Shown here: positions 1 to 9,894 of the stretch, one piece after another
Layout of the letters: every line of letters begins with the position of its first letter
Numbering within the stretch: the first letter of the stretch is position 1
Assembly (NCBI GenBank): GCA_965207535.1
Contig: CBDBMR010000014.1
Span: 322,463 to 386,462 of the forward strand
DNA: 64,000 nt
DNA from: Rhodospirillales bacterium
GTDB lineage: Bacteria > Pseudomonadota > Alphaproteobacteria > Rhodospirillales > UBA2165
Direction: 5' to 3'
The notes under the pieces: model-generated
Database searches by the model: none
What the model was told of the DNA's origin: nothing
The model's input: only the letters and a program-made list of their open reading frames with translations
Position numbers and translations under genes: made by a program

Positions 1-1355
1 CCATCCTCCCCGTAGTCATAACCCTCGATCGGCCCGCTATCCTTGTTCTTTGGCGTGAAGTTGAACTTGGGCGCCAGCACCTGTTCCATCAGCAGGCTCG
101 CCGCAATCGCCTTCAAGGTGTCGTTCACCGCGTCGGTTACAGCCTCTTCCGAGGCGTCCGGCTCCGCGATCAGGTTGGTAAAGCGAGCATGGGTCTTGCC
201 CGGCGCATCCCGGGTCGCCCGGCCGATGATTTGAATGATCTCCGTGAGGCTCGCGCGATAACCGATAGTCAACGCATGCTCGCACCAAATCCAGTCGAAG
301 CCCTCCTTCGCCATGCCGAGGGCGATGATGATGTCCACATGGTCCCGATTGTCTTTTTCTCCGGGCCGTTTGAGGGACGCGGAGACCTTGTCCCGCTTCG
401 ATGGAACGTCATCGACAAGATTCGCTATTCGGAGGGTCCGGCCGTCCGCGGTCTCCACGAGATCAAAACCGGTATCGTCATCGATCCCCTTCCAGTCACC
501 GAGCTCCTCGCTGATGTTCTCGACTTCCCTGTGCTTGTCCTTGGTGCTCTCCCGCGATTGGACGTGGGGGATATGGATGATGGTTTTTTCCGCGGGATCG
601 AGAACCTCCAGAATGCTTTCGGCATATGACCCAGCGTAAAAGTAATACCCGATGTTCAGGGTCTTGAGATATTCATAGCCGTTGAGTTGCTCGTAATAGG
701 TATAGGTCACGGTATCGAACCGGGCTTCGTCATCCGGTGCGAGGACGGCTTCTGCGTCCCCCCTGAAATACGACCCGGTCATCGCGACGATATGGACCTT
801 ATCGCGGGCGATAAACTGCCCAAGATGCGTGCCGAGCTTGTTGTCCGGATTGGCGCTCACGTGGTGAAACTCGTCGACGGCGACCAACCGGTTGTCAAAC
901 GCCTCGACGCCGAACCGGTCCACGGCAAACCGGAACGTCGAATGGGTACAGACCAGGGTCTTGTCGTCGCTCTCCAGGAATGCCTTGACCGAATTGACCT
1001 TGCCGCCCTCCTCGCCGGGCGCGTTGCACAGGTTCCACTTGGGCTCCACCGTCCAGTCGGCCCAAAAACCGAAGTCGCTCAGAGGCTCATCGTTGAAGCT
1101 GGCCCCAATCGCCCGTTCCGGCACGACGATAACGGCCTGCTCGACACCCTGATTGTTGAGCTTGTCCAGCGCGATAAACATCAATGCGCGGCTCTTGCCC
1201 GACGCCGGCGGCGATTTGATCAACAGGTACTGCTCGCCGCGCTTCTCATAGGCGCGCTCCTGCATAACGCGCATGCCCAACTCGTTGGACGATTTGGAAC
1301 TGCCGTTTTGGGCGTAGTTGACTGTGATTGATGGGACTGAATGGTCAGTGATCAC
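1..1355 (-). CDS. yeeB: YeeB-like DEAD/DEAH-box (SF2) helicase, 3' end truncated by window edge
   Basis: Manual translation from GTG at 1355 (overlaps the upstream stop as GTGA) stays open to the edge. It reads ...IKSPPASGKS (Walker A), VAVDEFHH (motif II), AMTGS (motif III), GMAKEGFD and QIIGRATR (motif VI). It is absent from the ORF track because it has no stop in the window. Confidence 0.85.
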   Translation of the reverse strand, partial: MITDHSVPSITVNYAQNGSSKSSNELGMRVMQERAYEKRGEQYLLIKSPPASGKSRALMFIALDKLNNQGVEQAVIVVPERAIGASFNDEPLSDFGFWADWTVEPKWNLCNAPGEEGGKVNSVKAFLESDDKTLVCTHSTFRFAVDRFGVEAFDNRLVAVDEFHHVSANPDNKLGTHLGQFIARDKVHIVAMTGSYFRGDAEAVLAPDDEARFDTVTYTYYEQLNGYEYLKTLNIGYYFYAGSYAESILEVLDPAEKTIIHIPHVQSRESTKDKHREVENISEELGDWKGIDDDTGFDLVETADGRTLRIANLVDDVPSKRDKVSASLKRPGEKDNRDHVDIIIALGMAKEGFDWIWCEHALTIGYRASLTEIIQIIGRATRDAPGKTHARFTNLIAEPDASEEAVTDAVNDTLKAIAASLLMEQVLAPKFNFTPKNKDSGPIEGYDYGED

Positions 1356-2050
1356 TGTTTCGTATCCACCTGATCGGGGAAAAGCCTTCGTTGAATTATC
1401 TCCTCCAGTTCCGCCATCAGAGGCACAACGTCCTCCGTGTAGACGTCCAGAGCCTCTCTCAGCAAATCGCGGCCACCAGATTCATCGGCAAGCTCGAGAT
1501 CAACTTGTCGTGCCGCCCACGATTTGCGGAGCAGCCCCCTAATCTCCTCAAACTTATTACGAATCTCCGGGCTCAAAAATATTCTGTTCTGCTCGAAATA
1601 AGTCTGAAACTCGAAATAGCTCTCCTCCGCTTTCCGAAGACCCCTATGATCCAAAATCCTGCTGAATAGTGACAGGCGCATAGTCGAAGACTTCAATGCA
1701 CGCTTTTCTTCGTCGGTCAGGTCGACCCCCTCTAGCCAGTTCTCGAAATCGTCGTCCGACATTCGATCCAAATCGGGCATGGTTCTAAACAGCATCAGAG
1801 CGGCATCTAAACTTGCTCTTGAGTCACACAACCGCGCCCAAATTTCGGGAAATACTTCGTACTCCTTGTCCTGCAAACGCAATCTCTTGGCGGCGTGGAT
1901 TGAAATCTCCGCTTTTGCGGTCTCAAGGTCCTTGTCCAACCGGAGCTTGATCCAGTTTTGGCCCCAAAATCGAAACAACCCAAATGCGATCGCCGCACCC
2001 CCGCCGCCAGCAATAACCACCTGTCCAACCCAATCAGGTAGATCCATCAC
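1352..2050 (-). CDS. Hypothetical protein with N-terminal hydrophobic (membrane-anchor) segment and helical body
   Basis: 232-aa ORF with N-terminal WVGQVVIAGGGGAAIAFGLFRFW. GTGA overlaps with both neighbours. No recognisable family motif. Confidence 0.7.
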   Translation of the reverse strand: MMDLPDWVGQVVIAGGGGAAIAFGLFRFWGQNWIKLRLDKDLETAKAEISIHAAKRLRLQDKEYEVFPEIWARLCDSRASLDAALMLFRTMPDLDRMSDDDFENWLEGVDLTDEEKRALKSSTMRLSLFSRILDHRGLRKAEESYFEFQTYFEQNRIFLSPEIRNKFEEIRGLLRKSWAARQVDLELADESGGRDLLREALDVYTEDVVPLMAELEEIIQRRLFPDQVDTKQ

Positions 2051-2832
2051 GATACCTGCATATCGGCAATGGCTGATTTGTTCTCGGTACCCTTCGCCAT
2101 CATCTTCGTGTAGAGCTCGAACAACTTCTCCAGACGTTCGGTGTCGTTCTTGAACCGGCGTCCGATATAGATGCGCTCCAAGACCTCATCATTCTGGTCA
2201 TGCGCCCGACGCAAATCCTCAGGCATTTTTTCAGGGTCATAGAGGTCGGCAATCGTCGCCGGAAAATGGGCCTCGCGCGCCAACAGGATTTCCTCGGCGC
2301 AATGCGAAAGGTCATCCTTATTCTTTTGGGTCAACCGGGGAATCGGTAGAGTATTCCAACCAAGTGTGTTCGTATAAGAAAAGTCGGTTCTCATTCTAGC
2401 ACATACAGTTGCAACCCATGATAGATTAATCCGAGAACAAATAATTGAAAGCGGCCAAGCCTCGGTTGCAGAAACGGTGAATGCTTTGTTTGAAACAACC
2501 GTTCCAGCAGGCAAAATATCCGCAGGCAAATACGGTCGATTCTCGGAGCTAATTACCGGGACACAAATGACCGGAGAGCAGGGAATTGATTTTCGCTCGT
2601 CAAATCGATAAGGCCAGCTAGCCGCCTTTACCGTCGCGGCTTTCTTACTAGAACTTCGAAAGTCTCGCACTCGCTGAACACGCTCTGCAATTGCGGGCTC
2701 CGATAATGCATCTTCAACTTTGTCATCATCGATCCATATACAGTAACGATGGTAGCCCGCGATTAACTCACGTGACCCCACAAAGGTTCTAATAAATTCC
2801 TCCTTGGCACGTTCACTAGGTCCTGTTGACAT

Positions 2833-3270
2833 TTATCGCATCCAAATGAGCGCCCCGACGAGGCACAGCATGGCCATGTAGGCGGTGACGGTCTTTTCGT
2901 AGCGTGTGGCGATGCGGCGGAAGTGCTTGATCTTGTTGATGAAACATTCGACGACGTGCCTTTCCTTGTAGAGTTCGGGGTCGTACGGCACGGCTTGTGC
3001 CCGCGACGGGTTGGAGGGGATCACCGCCACCATCCCGGCGCTGTCGAGGCGGGCGCGGAAGCGGTTCGCGTCGTAGGCGGTGTCGGCGATCAGGGTCTCG
3101 CCCGGCAGCCCGGCGATCAGCCCCTCGGCCTGGGTGACGTCGCCCACCTGGCCGCCGGTGAGGATGAACCGCAAGGGATTGCCCAGGCCATCGACGGCGA
3201 TGTGGATTTTGCTCGTCAGGCCGCCGCGCGAGCGGCCGATGGCCTGAGCCTGAGCCCCCCTTTTGCGCCG
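2833..3270 (-). CDS. IS5-family transposase orfB (DDE domain), probably joined to orfA by a -1 frameshift
   Basis: IGRSRGGLTSKIH...IADTAYD...YKERHVVECFINKIKHFRRIATRYEK. Slippery AAAAGGGGGG at about 3255-3264 on the minus strand, inside the orfA/orfB overlap. Confidence 0.85.
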   Translation of the reverse strand, partial: RRKRGAQAQAIGRSRGGLTSKIHIAVDGLGNPLRFILTGGQVGDVTQAEGLIAGLPGETLIADTAYDANRFRARLDSAGMVAVIPSNPSRAQAVPYDPELYKERHVVECFINKIKHFRRIATRYEKTVTAYMAMLCLVGALIWMR

Positions 3271-3584
3271 GCGGCATGTTGATGCGCCCGCACGATGGTC
3301 GAATCCACGATCAGGTATTCGAAGTCGGGATCCTCCGCCAAGGCATTGAAAAGACTCTCCCAAACCCCCGCCTTGGCCCACCGCGAAAAGCGCACGTAGA
3401 CGCTGTTCCAGTTGCCGAAGGCGTCCGGCAGATCGCGCCACGGCGAACCCGCCCGGGCGATCCACAGCACGGCGTCCACAAACAGGCGGTTGTCCCGACC
3501 CGTGGAGCCGCGATCCGCCTCTTTGCCCGGAACCAAACCCTTGATCCGGTCCCATTGCATATCCGTCAGTTCCCGTCGAAGCAT
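3216..3584 (-). CDS. IS5-family transposase orfA (N-terminal, DUF4096-like)
   Basis: LTDMQWDRI...DNRLFVDAVLWIARAGSPWRDLP...GNWNSVYVRFSRW...IVDSTIVRAHQHAAG. Confidence 0.9.
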   Translation of the reverse strand: MLRRELTDMQWDRIKGLVPGKEADRGSTGRDNRLFVDAVLWIARAGSPWRDLPDAFGNWNSVYVRFSRWAKAGVWESLFNALAEDPDFEYLIVDSTIVRAHQHAAGAKGGLRLRPSAARAAA

Positions 3585-5791
3585 GACACGCTCCCGCCAG
3601 TTGAAACGGTCTTGCTTGAATCACGCCAACCATGAATAGTCCGTTAATTGTCAACAGGACCTAAGGCTTAGGCTGCTAAGTTCATGACACTCCAGAATTA
3701 GATTGCCCCCATCGGTCGGCGAATTACCTCTCACCATCTCCGGCAAGTCTGACAGACTGCGTGATGATGGTTGTACGATCACATTTGGGCCAGCGATCAA
3801 GTACGCATTTATATTATCCGTCTCTTTGACGACGACCTCCCCAACTTCTGTCAGTGAATACAGACGTCTTAACCTGCTGGCGTGGTTTGAAAGGCCAACG
3901 ATGACCACCGTGACCCCTGCGTTGTGACTCGCCAGATTTGCCCACTTAAAGGAAGTGTGTGCGAATGAAATTTCGTGGCCCGTCCCGAAAATTGCTGACC
4001 ACAAAATGGGAACTTGCTGCCCTTGGTTTATAGAATTGGTAGCAACGAAAGTAGTCGCAGCTGTTGTGTGGGTGCCAAAGTCAGCGGCTTTCATGAACCA
4101 CCCGGCAACATAATCGAGCGACTTCCACCCTTTCACCCGACCATCAAAAATTGCTGCTAGCTCGGATTTCTGTTCATCCGACTGCCACTTGCTCCCAAGA
4201 TACGGCGGGTTCCCGCAGATGTACGTTTCGCCGCCTTCATTCTCGAAATCGATCTGAGCCTGATCGAGTGGCGTATGAAATAGGTCGTCGGCAGCGAGCC
4301 TTACGGCTTTTCCAGTGGATGGACAGATACTCAGCCAATCCAGCCTCAATGCATTCCCACAGGTGATCCAATTCATGGCATTCAGCGGCAAGAATTCCGC
4401 CAGCGCTTCTTGCTGGCCGCGATAGAGCACGTCGCATTGATACTCGGCGATGATCAGCGCGAGACGAGCAATTTCGGCAGGGAAGTCGCGCAACTCGATC
4501 CCGCGGAAATTGGTGAGTCGGATGTCCGTGCGCCTACCCGGCTCGCCACGGCGCTCATTGATAACGGCCTCGATGGCGCGCATTTCCCTGTAGGCAATGA
4601 CGAGAAAATTTCCGGAGCCGCAGGCCGGGTCGAACACCCTGATCTTGGACATCCGATTGCGAAGATTGAGGAGTTTCCGGCTGTTGTCTCCGGCCTCCTC
4701 CAGTTGCTCGCGCAGGCCGTCGAGGAAGAGCGGGTTCAGGACCTTCAGGATATTCGGGACGCTTGTGTAGTGCATCCCCAACTCACCCCGCTCCTCGTCC
4801 TCCGCAACCGCCTGGATCATGGACCCGAAAATATCAGGGTTGATCTGCTTCCAATCCAAGCTACCGATATGCAGCAGATATGATCGCGCTATGCGGCTAA
4901 AAGTTGGAACGTCGAGGCTTCCGGAAAACAGGCCCCCGTTTACATAGGGGAACACATCGGCCCAGCGGGGTGTGTCCTCCTTAGCCCGGTCTTCGAGCTT
5001 GGTGTTCATCGCCCGGAACAGCTCGCCGATAATTTCATGGGTGTTGCCGGAGCCGCTTTCACTCATCTGCGAAACGGTCGACGTGAACAGATCGTCGCCG
5101 TTGAAGATGTCGGTGTCTTCGGCGAAGAAGCAGAAGATGAGGCGCGCCATGAAGTGGTTCATGTCAGGACGGCGTTCTTCCGTCCCCCACTCCGGGTTGT
5201 CCTTGAGGAGCTGCACATACAGACGATTCAGCCGCCCAGTCGCCTTGATGTCGACAGCGCTCTCCCGAATCTCCCTGACGGTCGTGATGCCGGCGAGCGG
5301 CAGGAAAAAACCGAAATGATCCGGGAAATCCGCATATTCGCAGGCAACGGTCTCGCCGGAGGTCAGGTCCTCGGCCTCGAATTGCTCGCCATCGGTCGCC
5401 AGTACGAATTTGGCCTTGCCCTTGGCGGTGGCCGCGCTGTCGCGAAGCGTTGCCAACGTGGTAGACACCTGCCCGGAGCCGCAAACAACCAAATGAATGT
5501 TGTTTCGCTGAAGCACCCCGCCCTCGACATCGGAAGAGTTGGTGGAACCGCTCTTGAGGCGCCTGATCGTCGTCGCCTTGTTACCGAAGGCCGCGAGGAA
5601 CGCGAACGGGAATTCCCCGGCGTCGAACTCTTCTTCGGCGAGTTCCGATATCGCTTCTTCGATTTCAACGGCGTTCATGTTTGGCCGGCGTTTGGTGAAC
5701 CAATTCCCTCACTCATCAGTCTAGTTGATTCGGCCTGCCGCTCAAATCAAGTAACCGCCCCGATGGGAACCGCGGGAGCGTGTGCGCCATA

Positions 5792-5912
5792 CCCCCTCAC
5801 CCTGACCCTCTCCCCCTAAAGAAGGGGGAGAGGGGACGCACGGCAAGCTCCCTCTCCCTTCCAGCCTTCGTAGCCGAAGGCTACTTCGGCGGAGTAGGCC
5901 CAGGGGAGAGGG
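5792..5912. repeat. Cluster of REP-like GC-rich palindromic elements
   Basis: CCCCCTCACCCTGACCCTCTCCCCC-taaag-AAGGGGGAGAGGGGACGC (5792-5839) plus a second CCCTCTCCC...GGGAGAGGG hairpin (5849-5912). Lies at the 3' end of the coxL-like gene. Confidence 0.75.
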
Positions 5913-5921
5913 AACACATCG

Positions 5922-8249
5922 TCAGCCCGCTTGCCGGATTGCCCGCCAGACCTTTTCCGGGCTCGCCGGCATCTCGACTCCTGGCGCGCCGATACGGTGG
6001 AGCGCGTCGTTGACGGCGTTCATTACCGCCGGCATGGCGCCCACCGTCCCGGCCTCGCCGACCCCCTTGACGCCGAGGGGGTTGCGTTCGGTCGGCACTT
6101 CGTTGGCGCTCAGACCATAGCGGCAGAAATCGTCGGCACGGGGCATGACATAATCCATGAACGAGCCGGACAGCAATTGGCCCGTTTCGGGGTCGTAGTT
6201 GACGCCCTCCATCAGAATTTGTCCCGCGCCCTGGGCGATGCCGCCGTGGATCTGGCCGTCGAACAGCAGGGGATTGAGGATCGTGCCCGCGTCGTCGACG
6301 CACCAGTACCCGACCAGCGAGACCTTCCCCGTATCCGCATCGATTTCCACTTCCGCCAGATGGGCGCCGTTGGGAAACGTGGCGCCCGCGTCGCTGGCGA
6401 AGTCGCCCCGCTCGTACAGGCCGGGCGAGACGCCGGGCGGCAGCTTGTTCTGCTGAAACGCCGCCCGGGCCACCGTTTCCAGATCGACCGTCCGGTCGGT
6501 GCCGGAGACGGTGAACGCGCCGTCCCGGTACTCGATGTCGTGAGCCCCCGCTTCGAGCAGATGGGCGGCGATGGACTTCCCCTTTTCGATAATCTTGTCG
6601 GCCGCCACCGCTATCGCGGAGCCTGCCAGAATTGCCGACCGCGCGCCGAAGGTCCCCATCCCGGCGGTGACCTGGTCGGTGTCGCCGAAGCGGTAGCGGA
6701 TGCGTTCGGGATCGATGCCGAGCCGGTCGGCGAGAATCTGGCGGAACGCCGTCTGGTGGCCCTGACCGTGATCCATGGCGCCGCACAAAAGGGTAATGCC
6801 GCCGCCGCTGTCGAATCGAACCTCGGCGTGCTCGAAATTCGTGTTGCCCACGCCGCAGACCGTGTTGGACATGCCGATGCCGCGACACTTGCCGTGCTGC
6901 CGGGCCCGCCGCCAGCGTTCCTCGAAAGCGCCGTAGGCGCCTTGGGCAAGGCACTCATCCAGATTTTTCGGGAAATCGCCGCAATCGTAGGTAACCCCGA
7001 AGGCCGTCGTGTACGGCATCGAATCGGCGCCGATCATGTTGCGGCGGCGCAACTCGGCGGGGTCGATACCCAGCCGGCGTGCCGCCTCGTCGACCATGAC
7101 TTCGACCACGTGCGCCGGTTCGGGCTTGCCGCCGCCGCGGTAGTGGGCGTTCAGCATGATGTTGGTGAATACCCCGGTTACGCGGGCGTGAATGGCCGGC
7201 GTCCGGTAAACCCCGGCCAATCCGGCGAGGCCGGAGGTCGCCGAACCGATGCTTCTGTCCGAGGTGAAATAGGCGCCGATGGGAACCTTGGTGTGGGTGC
7301 GCAGCCCAAGAAACCGGTAGTCTTCGTCGAGGGCCAGCTCCGCGTCGACCAGGCCGCCGCGGCCCTGATCGTCCGACAGCAGGCTCTCCGAGCGTTCGGC
7401 GATCCACTTGACCGGCCGTCCGATGATCTCGGAGGCCCAAAGCGCCAGCGCGTACTCGGGCTGGCAGCCGCCCCGGGTGCCGAAGCCGCCGCCCATATTG
7501 TCGCAGATGACCCGGAACTTCGACTGCGGCTCGCCGAAGATGTGCCCGGCCAGCATCCCCCGGATGCGGTGAACCGACTGCACCGTCGCCCGCAAGGTGT
7601 AGCGGTCCTCGAACGCATCGTATTCGGCGATACAGCCGCGATTTTCCATGGGATTGCCGGCGACGCGGTTGACGCAGACCCGATGGCGGACGATATGGGC
7701 CGCATCGGCGAACGCCGCATCGGCCGCCGCCGGATCGCCGAGTTCGTGGAAGAACGCCTCGTTGCCGGGATTGTCCGTCCAGATGGCCGGCGCGTCCGGG
7801 TCGAGCGCTTGGTCGACGCCGACGACGACCGGCAACGGGGTGTACTCGACGCGGATCAGTTCGGCGGCGTCCTTGGCCTGGTCCACCGTCTCGGCGACGA
7901 CGAACGCCACCGCCTGTCCGGCGAACCGCACGCGGCCCTCTGCCAGGAGAGGCTGCGGCGTGTAGAAACCGGGCGAGCCGTCGCTTCGCCTGGTTGGACC
8001 CGTGATCTTCAAACTGCCGAGCCCCCGGGCCGCCATGTCCTCGCCGGTGAGAACCGCCAGGACCCCCGGCGCCGCCCGCGCGGCCGAAACATCCATGCCG
8101 GCGATTTCGGCATGGGCGTAAGGCGACCGCAGGACGTAGGCCCGGGCCTGACGCGCGGCGGCGACATCGTCGACATATCGGCCCCGCCCTTGTAGGAGCC
8201 GCGAATCCTCGCCGCGCCGAACGGCATCGCCAATGCGGACCTTGTTCAT
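5922..8249 (-). CDS. Xanthine dehydrogenase family molybdopterin-binding subunit (CoxL-like, not form I)
   Basis: RREDSRLLQGRGRYVDD, GGGFGTRG, DHGQGHQT, NPLLFDGQIHGGIAQG, KGVGEAG. The active-site loop reads HYRGGGKPE. Confidence 0.9.
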   Translation of the reverse strand: MNKVRIGDAVRRGEDSRLLQGRGRYVDDVAAARQARAYVLRSPYAHAEIAGMDVSAARAAPGVLAVLTGEDMAARGLGSLKITGPTRRSDGSPGFYTPQPLLAEGRVRFAGQAVAFVVAETVDQAKDAAELIRVEYTPLPVVVGVDQALDPDAPAIWTDNPGNEAFFHELGDPAAADAAFADAAHIVRHRVCVNRVAGNPMENRGCIAEYDAFEDRYTLRATVQSVHRIRGMLAGHIFGEPQSKFRVICDNMGGGFGTRGGCQPEYALALWASEIIGRPVKWIAERSESLLSDDQGRGGLVDAELALDEDYRFLGLRTHTKVPIGAYFTSDRSIGSATSGLAGLAGVYRTPAIHARVTGVFTNIMLNAHYRGGGKPEPAHVVEVMVDEAARRLGIDPAELRRRNMIGADSMPYTTAFGVTYDCGDFPKNLDECLAQGAYGAFEERWRRARQHGKCRGIGMSNTVCGVGNTNFEHAEVRFDSGGGITLLCGAMDHGQGHQTAFRQILADRLGIDPERIRYRFGDTDQVTAGMGTFGARSAILAGSAIAVAADKIIEKGKSIAAHLLEAGAHDIEYRDGAFTVSGTDRTVDLETVARAAFQQNKLPPGVSPGLYERGDFASDAGATFPNGAHLAEVEIDADTGKVSLVGYWCVDDAGTILNPLLFDGQIHGGIAQGAGQILMEGVNYDPETGQLLSGSFMDYVMPRADDFCRYGLSANEVPTERNPLGVKGVGEAGTVGAMPAVMNAVNDALHRIGAPGVEMPASPEKVWRAIRQAG

Positions 8250-8494
8250 CTGCTATCCCTTCCCCGGTCGAAAAAACCAGCCGCTAGTCTAGTCTCGTTG
8301 CCGGGCGGCGGGTAGCCCGCAGCCCCTCCACGGCGAAGAGCGGATTACTTGTAGTTGGGCTTCATTGACCGCATACGGCTGATGGAAATCCATTCTGGTC
8401 TTGCGCAACGCATAATGATCTCATTGATCCGAGGTCAATCCGGGAAATAGACTTCGTTGCCCAACCGAAAATTTTAAATCAGGAGGACAATGTT

Positions 8495-8716
8495 ATGCCG
8501 CTCGTTCGCGTATCTGCCGTCAAGGGAAGGATTTCGCCGGATGCCAAAAAGAAGATATGCCAGGAAATGCATGACGTCATAAGGCGCCACACGCCCGCGC
8601 CCTCGGAAGCCGTCTGGGTCATGATCGACGACGTGCCGGAGGAAAACTGGATGATTCACGAGACCATGCTCAGCGAGAAGAAGCCGCCCGAGATTTTTGC
8701 CAAGGATTCCGAATAA
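8495..8716 (+). CDS. 4-oxalocrotonate tautomerase family protein (Pro-1)
   Basis: 73 aa, MPLVRV...GR..DAKKKI...VWVMIDDVPEENW. Confidence 0.85.
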   Translation: MPLVRVSAVKGRISPDAKKKICQEMHDVIRRHTPAPSEAVWVMIDDVPEENWMIHETMLSEKKPPEIFAKDSE

Positions 8717-8748
8717 GACAATTTTCCGCGGCCGGGAATCGGCGCAGG

Positions 8749-9702
8749 CTAATGCGACCTAACGAACTCGATGATATCCAGGCCCAGCGCTTCATCCTTG
8801 GTATTGAAGTGCCGGGTAATGGAGATGTGGTTGTGGCCCTGCGCCTGTTTGACGGTGGGCAGCAAGTTGTCCCGGCGATGAAGGGCCTGTATCAGCAGCA
8901 GGTTCTGCCCCTGGATCCCGGGCGGGTCCAGTTCCGCATAGGCGATGTATAGGGGCATGACCCGCCCCGCAATCGTGTTGATCGGTGACATGGACGGGTA
9001 CTTGCCGGGATCGGTCCCGTAATATGCCTTTTCTCCCCTGGAGCGGAGGACGCCCTTCGGGCCCGCCTTTTTGACCAGGTCGACGTTCGGCAGGGACACC
9101 AGAATGGCCCCCGCCACCCCGTCATTCTCCAGCTGATTAGCCTCGAAAAAGGCATAGCCGCTGACATGGACCGCGCCGGCGGACGATCCCATCAGGAATA
9201 TCTTTTCCGCGTCGATGCCGTATTCGGCGGCGTTTGCCTTGATCCATTTGATCGTGCCGGCAACGTCTTCGGCGCCGTTCGGCCATTTGGCTTCGGGGGC
9301 AAGACGGTAGTTCGCCGTAATGCCGACAATTCCATGCCGGGCGAAGAATGTGCCGATATTGGCAAAGGCCCTCTTGTCGCCGCGGACCAGACCGCCGCCA
9401 TGGAAATAGACGACCACCGGCAGGGCGCCCTCGGAATTCCGGGGCTGGTAGATGTCCAGAACATGCCGCGGGTGGCCGCCGTAAGGCCGGTCGGTGGTCA
9501 CTTTGACGCCGTCCCTCGGCATATTCTTCAATAGCGGGCCGTAAAGCCCAATGGTGGTTCTGACGATATTGGGGCCCATCCTGGTGCCCATATTCCGGAT
9601 CTCTTCGCCGACGTTGGGCGGATTTGCGGACATCTGCGCGGCGGCCGGCAAGGCCAGAAACATGAGGCAGGCCGAAGCGGCGAACAGCTTACCCAAAGAC
9701 AT
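8749..9702 (-). CDS. Secreted alpha/beta hydrolase (HSL-like carboxylesterase)
   Basis: Signal-peptide-like N-terminus (ending ...PAAA-Q), HGGG oxyanion motif, GSSAG nucleophile, C-terminal HNH. Confidence 0.85.
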   Translation of the reverse strand: MSLGKLFAASACLMFLALPAAAQMSANPPNVGEEIRNMGTRMGPNIVRTTIGLYGPLLKNMPRDGVKVTTDRPYGGHPRHVLDIYQPRNSEGALPVVVYFHGGGLVRGDKRAFANIGTFFARHGIVGITANYRLAPEAKWPNGAEDVAGTIKWIKANAAEYGIDAEKIFLMGSSAGAVHVSGYAFFEANQLENDGVAGAILVSLPNVDLVKKAGPKGVLRSRGEKAYYGTDPGKYPSMSPINTIAGRVMPLYIAYAELDPPGIQGQNLLLIQALHRRDNLLPTVKQAQGHNHISITRHFNTKDEALGLDIIEFVRSH

Positions 9703-9894
9703 GATGTGCGGCTCCGAGGCTGGTTTGAAATCTGGTCGATTGAACGCTATGGCACCGCAGCCAATATGTAAATTGCCGGAAATGGCGTCTCATTGGCGCC
9801 TCATACGTGACCTGCCGGAAGAGGGGCTCGCGCTTGATTAGGCGATATTGCTGCGTCAACCTGCATTCAACTCACAAACAGTGGGGGATAAGGG

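Larger units (their letters stand above)
2819..3661 (-). mobile_element. IS5-family (IS427-group-like) insertion sequence, 843 bp
   Basis: 13-bp terminal inverted repeats GGTCCTGTTGACA (2819-2831) and TGTCAACAGGACC (3649-3661), flanked by a TA duplication (2817-2818, 3662-3663). Contains a two-ORF transposase. Confidence 0.92.
2047..5678 (-). pseudogene. yeeA: YeeA/MmeI-like type IIL DNA adenine methyltransferase, interrupted by an IS5-family element
   Basis: The N-terminal part (3662-5678) has FDPACGSGNF (motif I) and GNPPY (motif IV). The C-terminal part (2047-2816) has the MmeI-type target-recognition/C-terminal region (...YTNTLGWNTLP...LYDPEKMP...RLEKLFELY). Removing 2819-3661 plus one TA gives CTT AGT GAA CGT and one continuous 928-aa frame. 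Confidence 0.9.

Noticed and set aside
5931-8195. 754-aa plus-strand ORF
   Set aside because: Antisense shadow of the coxL-like gene caused by GC-rich codon bias; it has no motifs.
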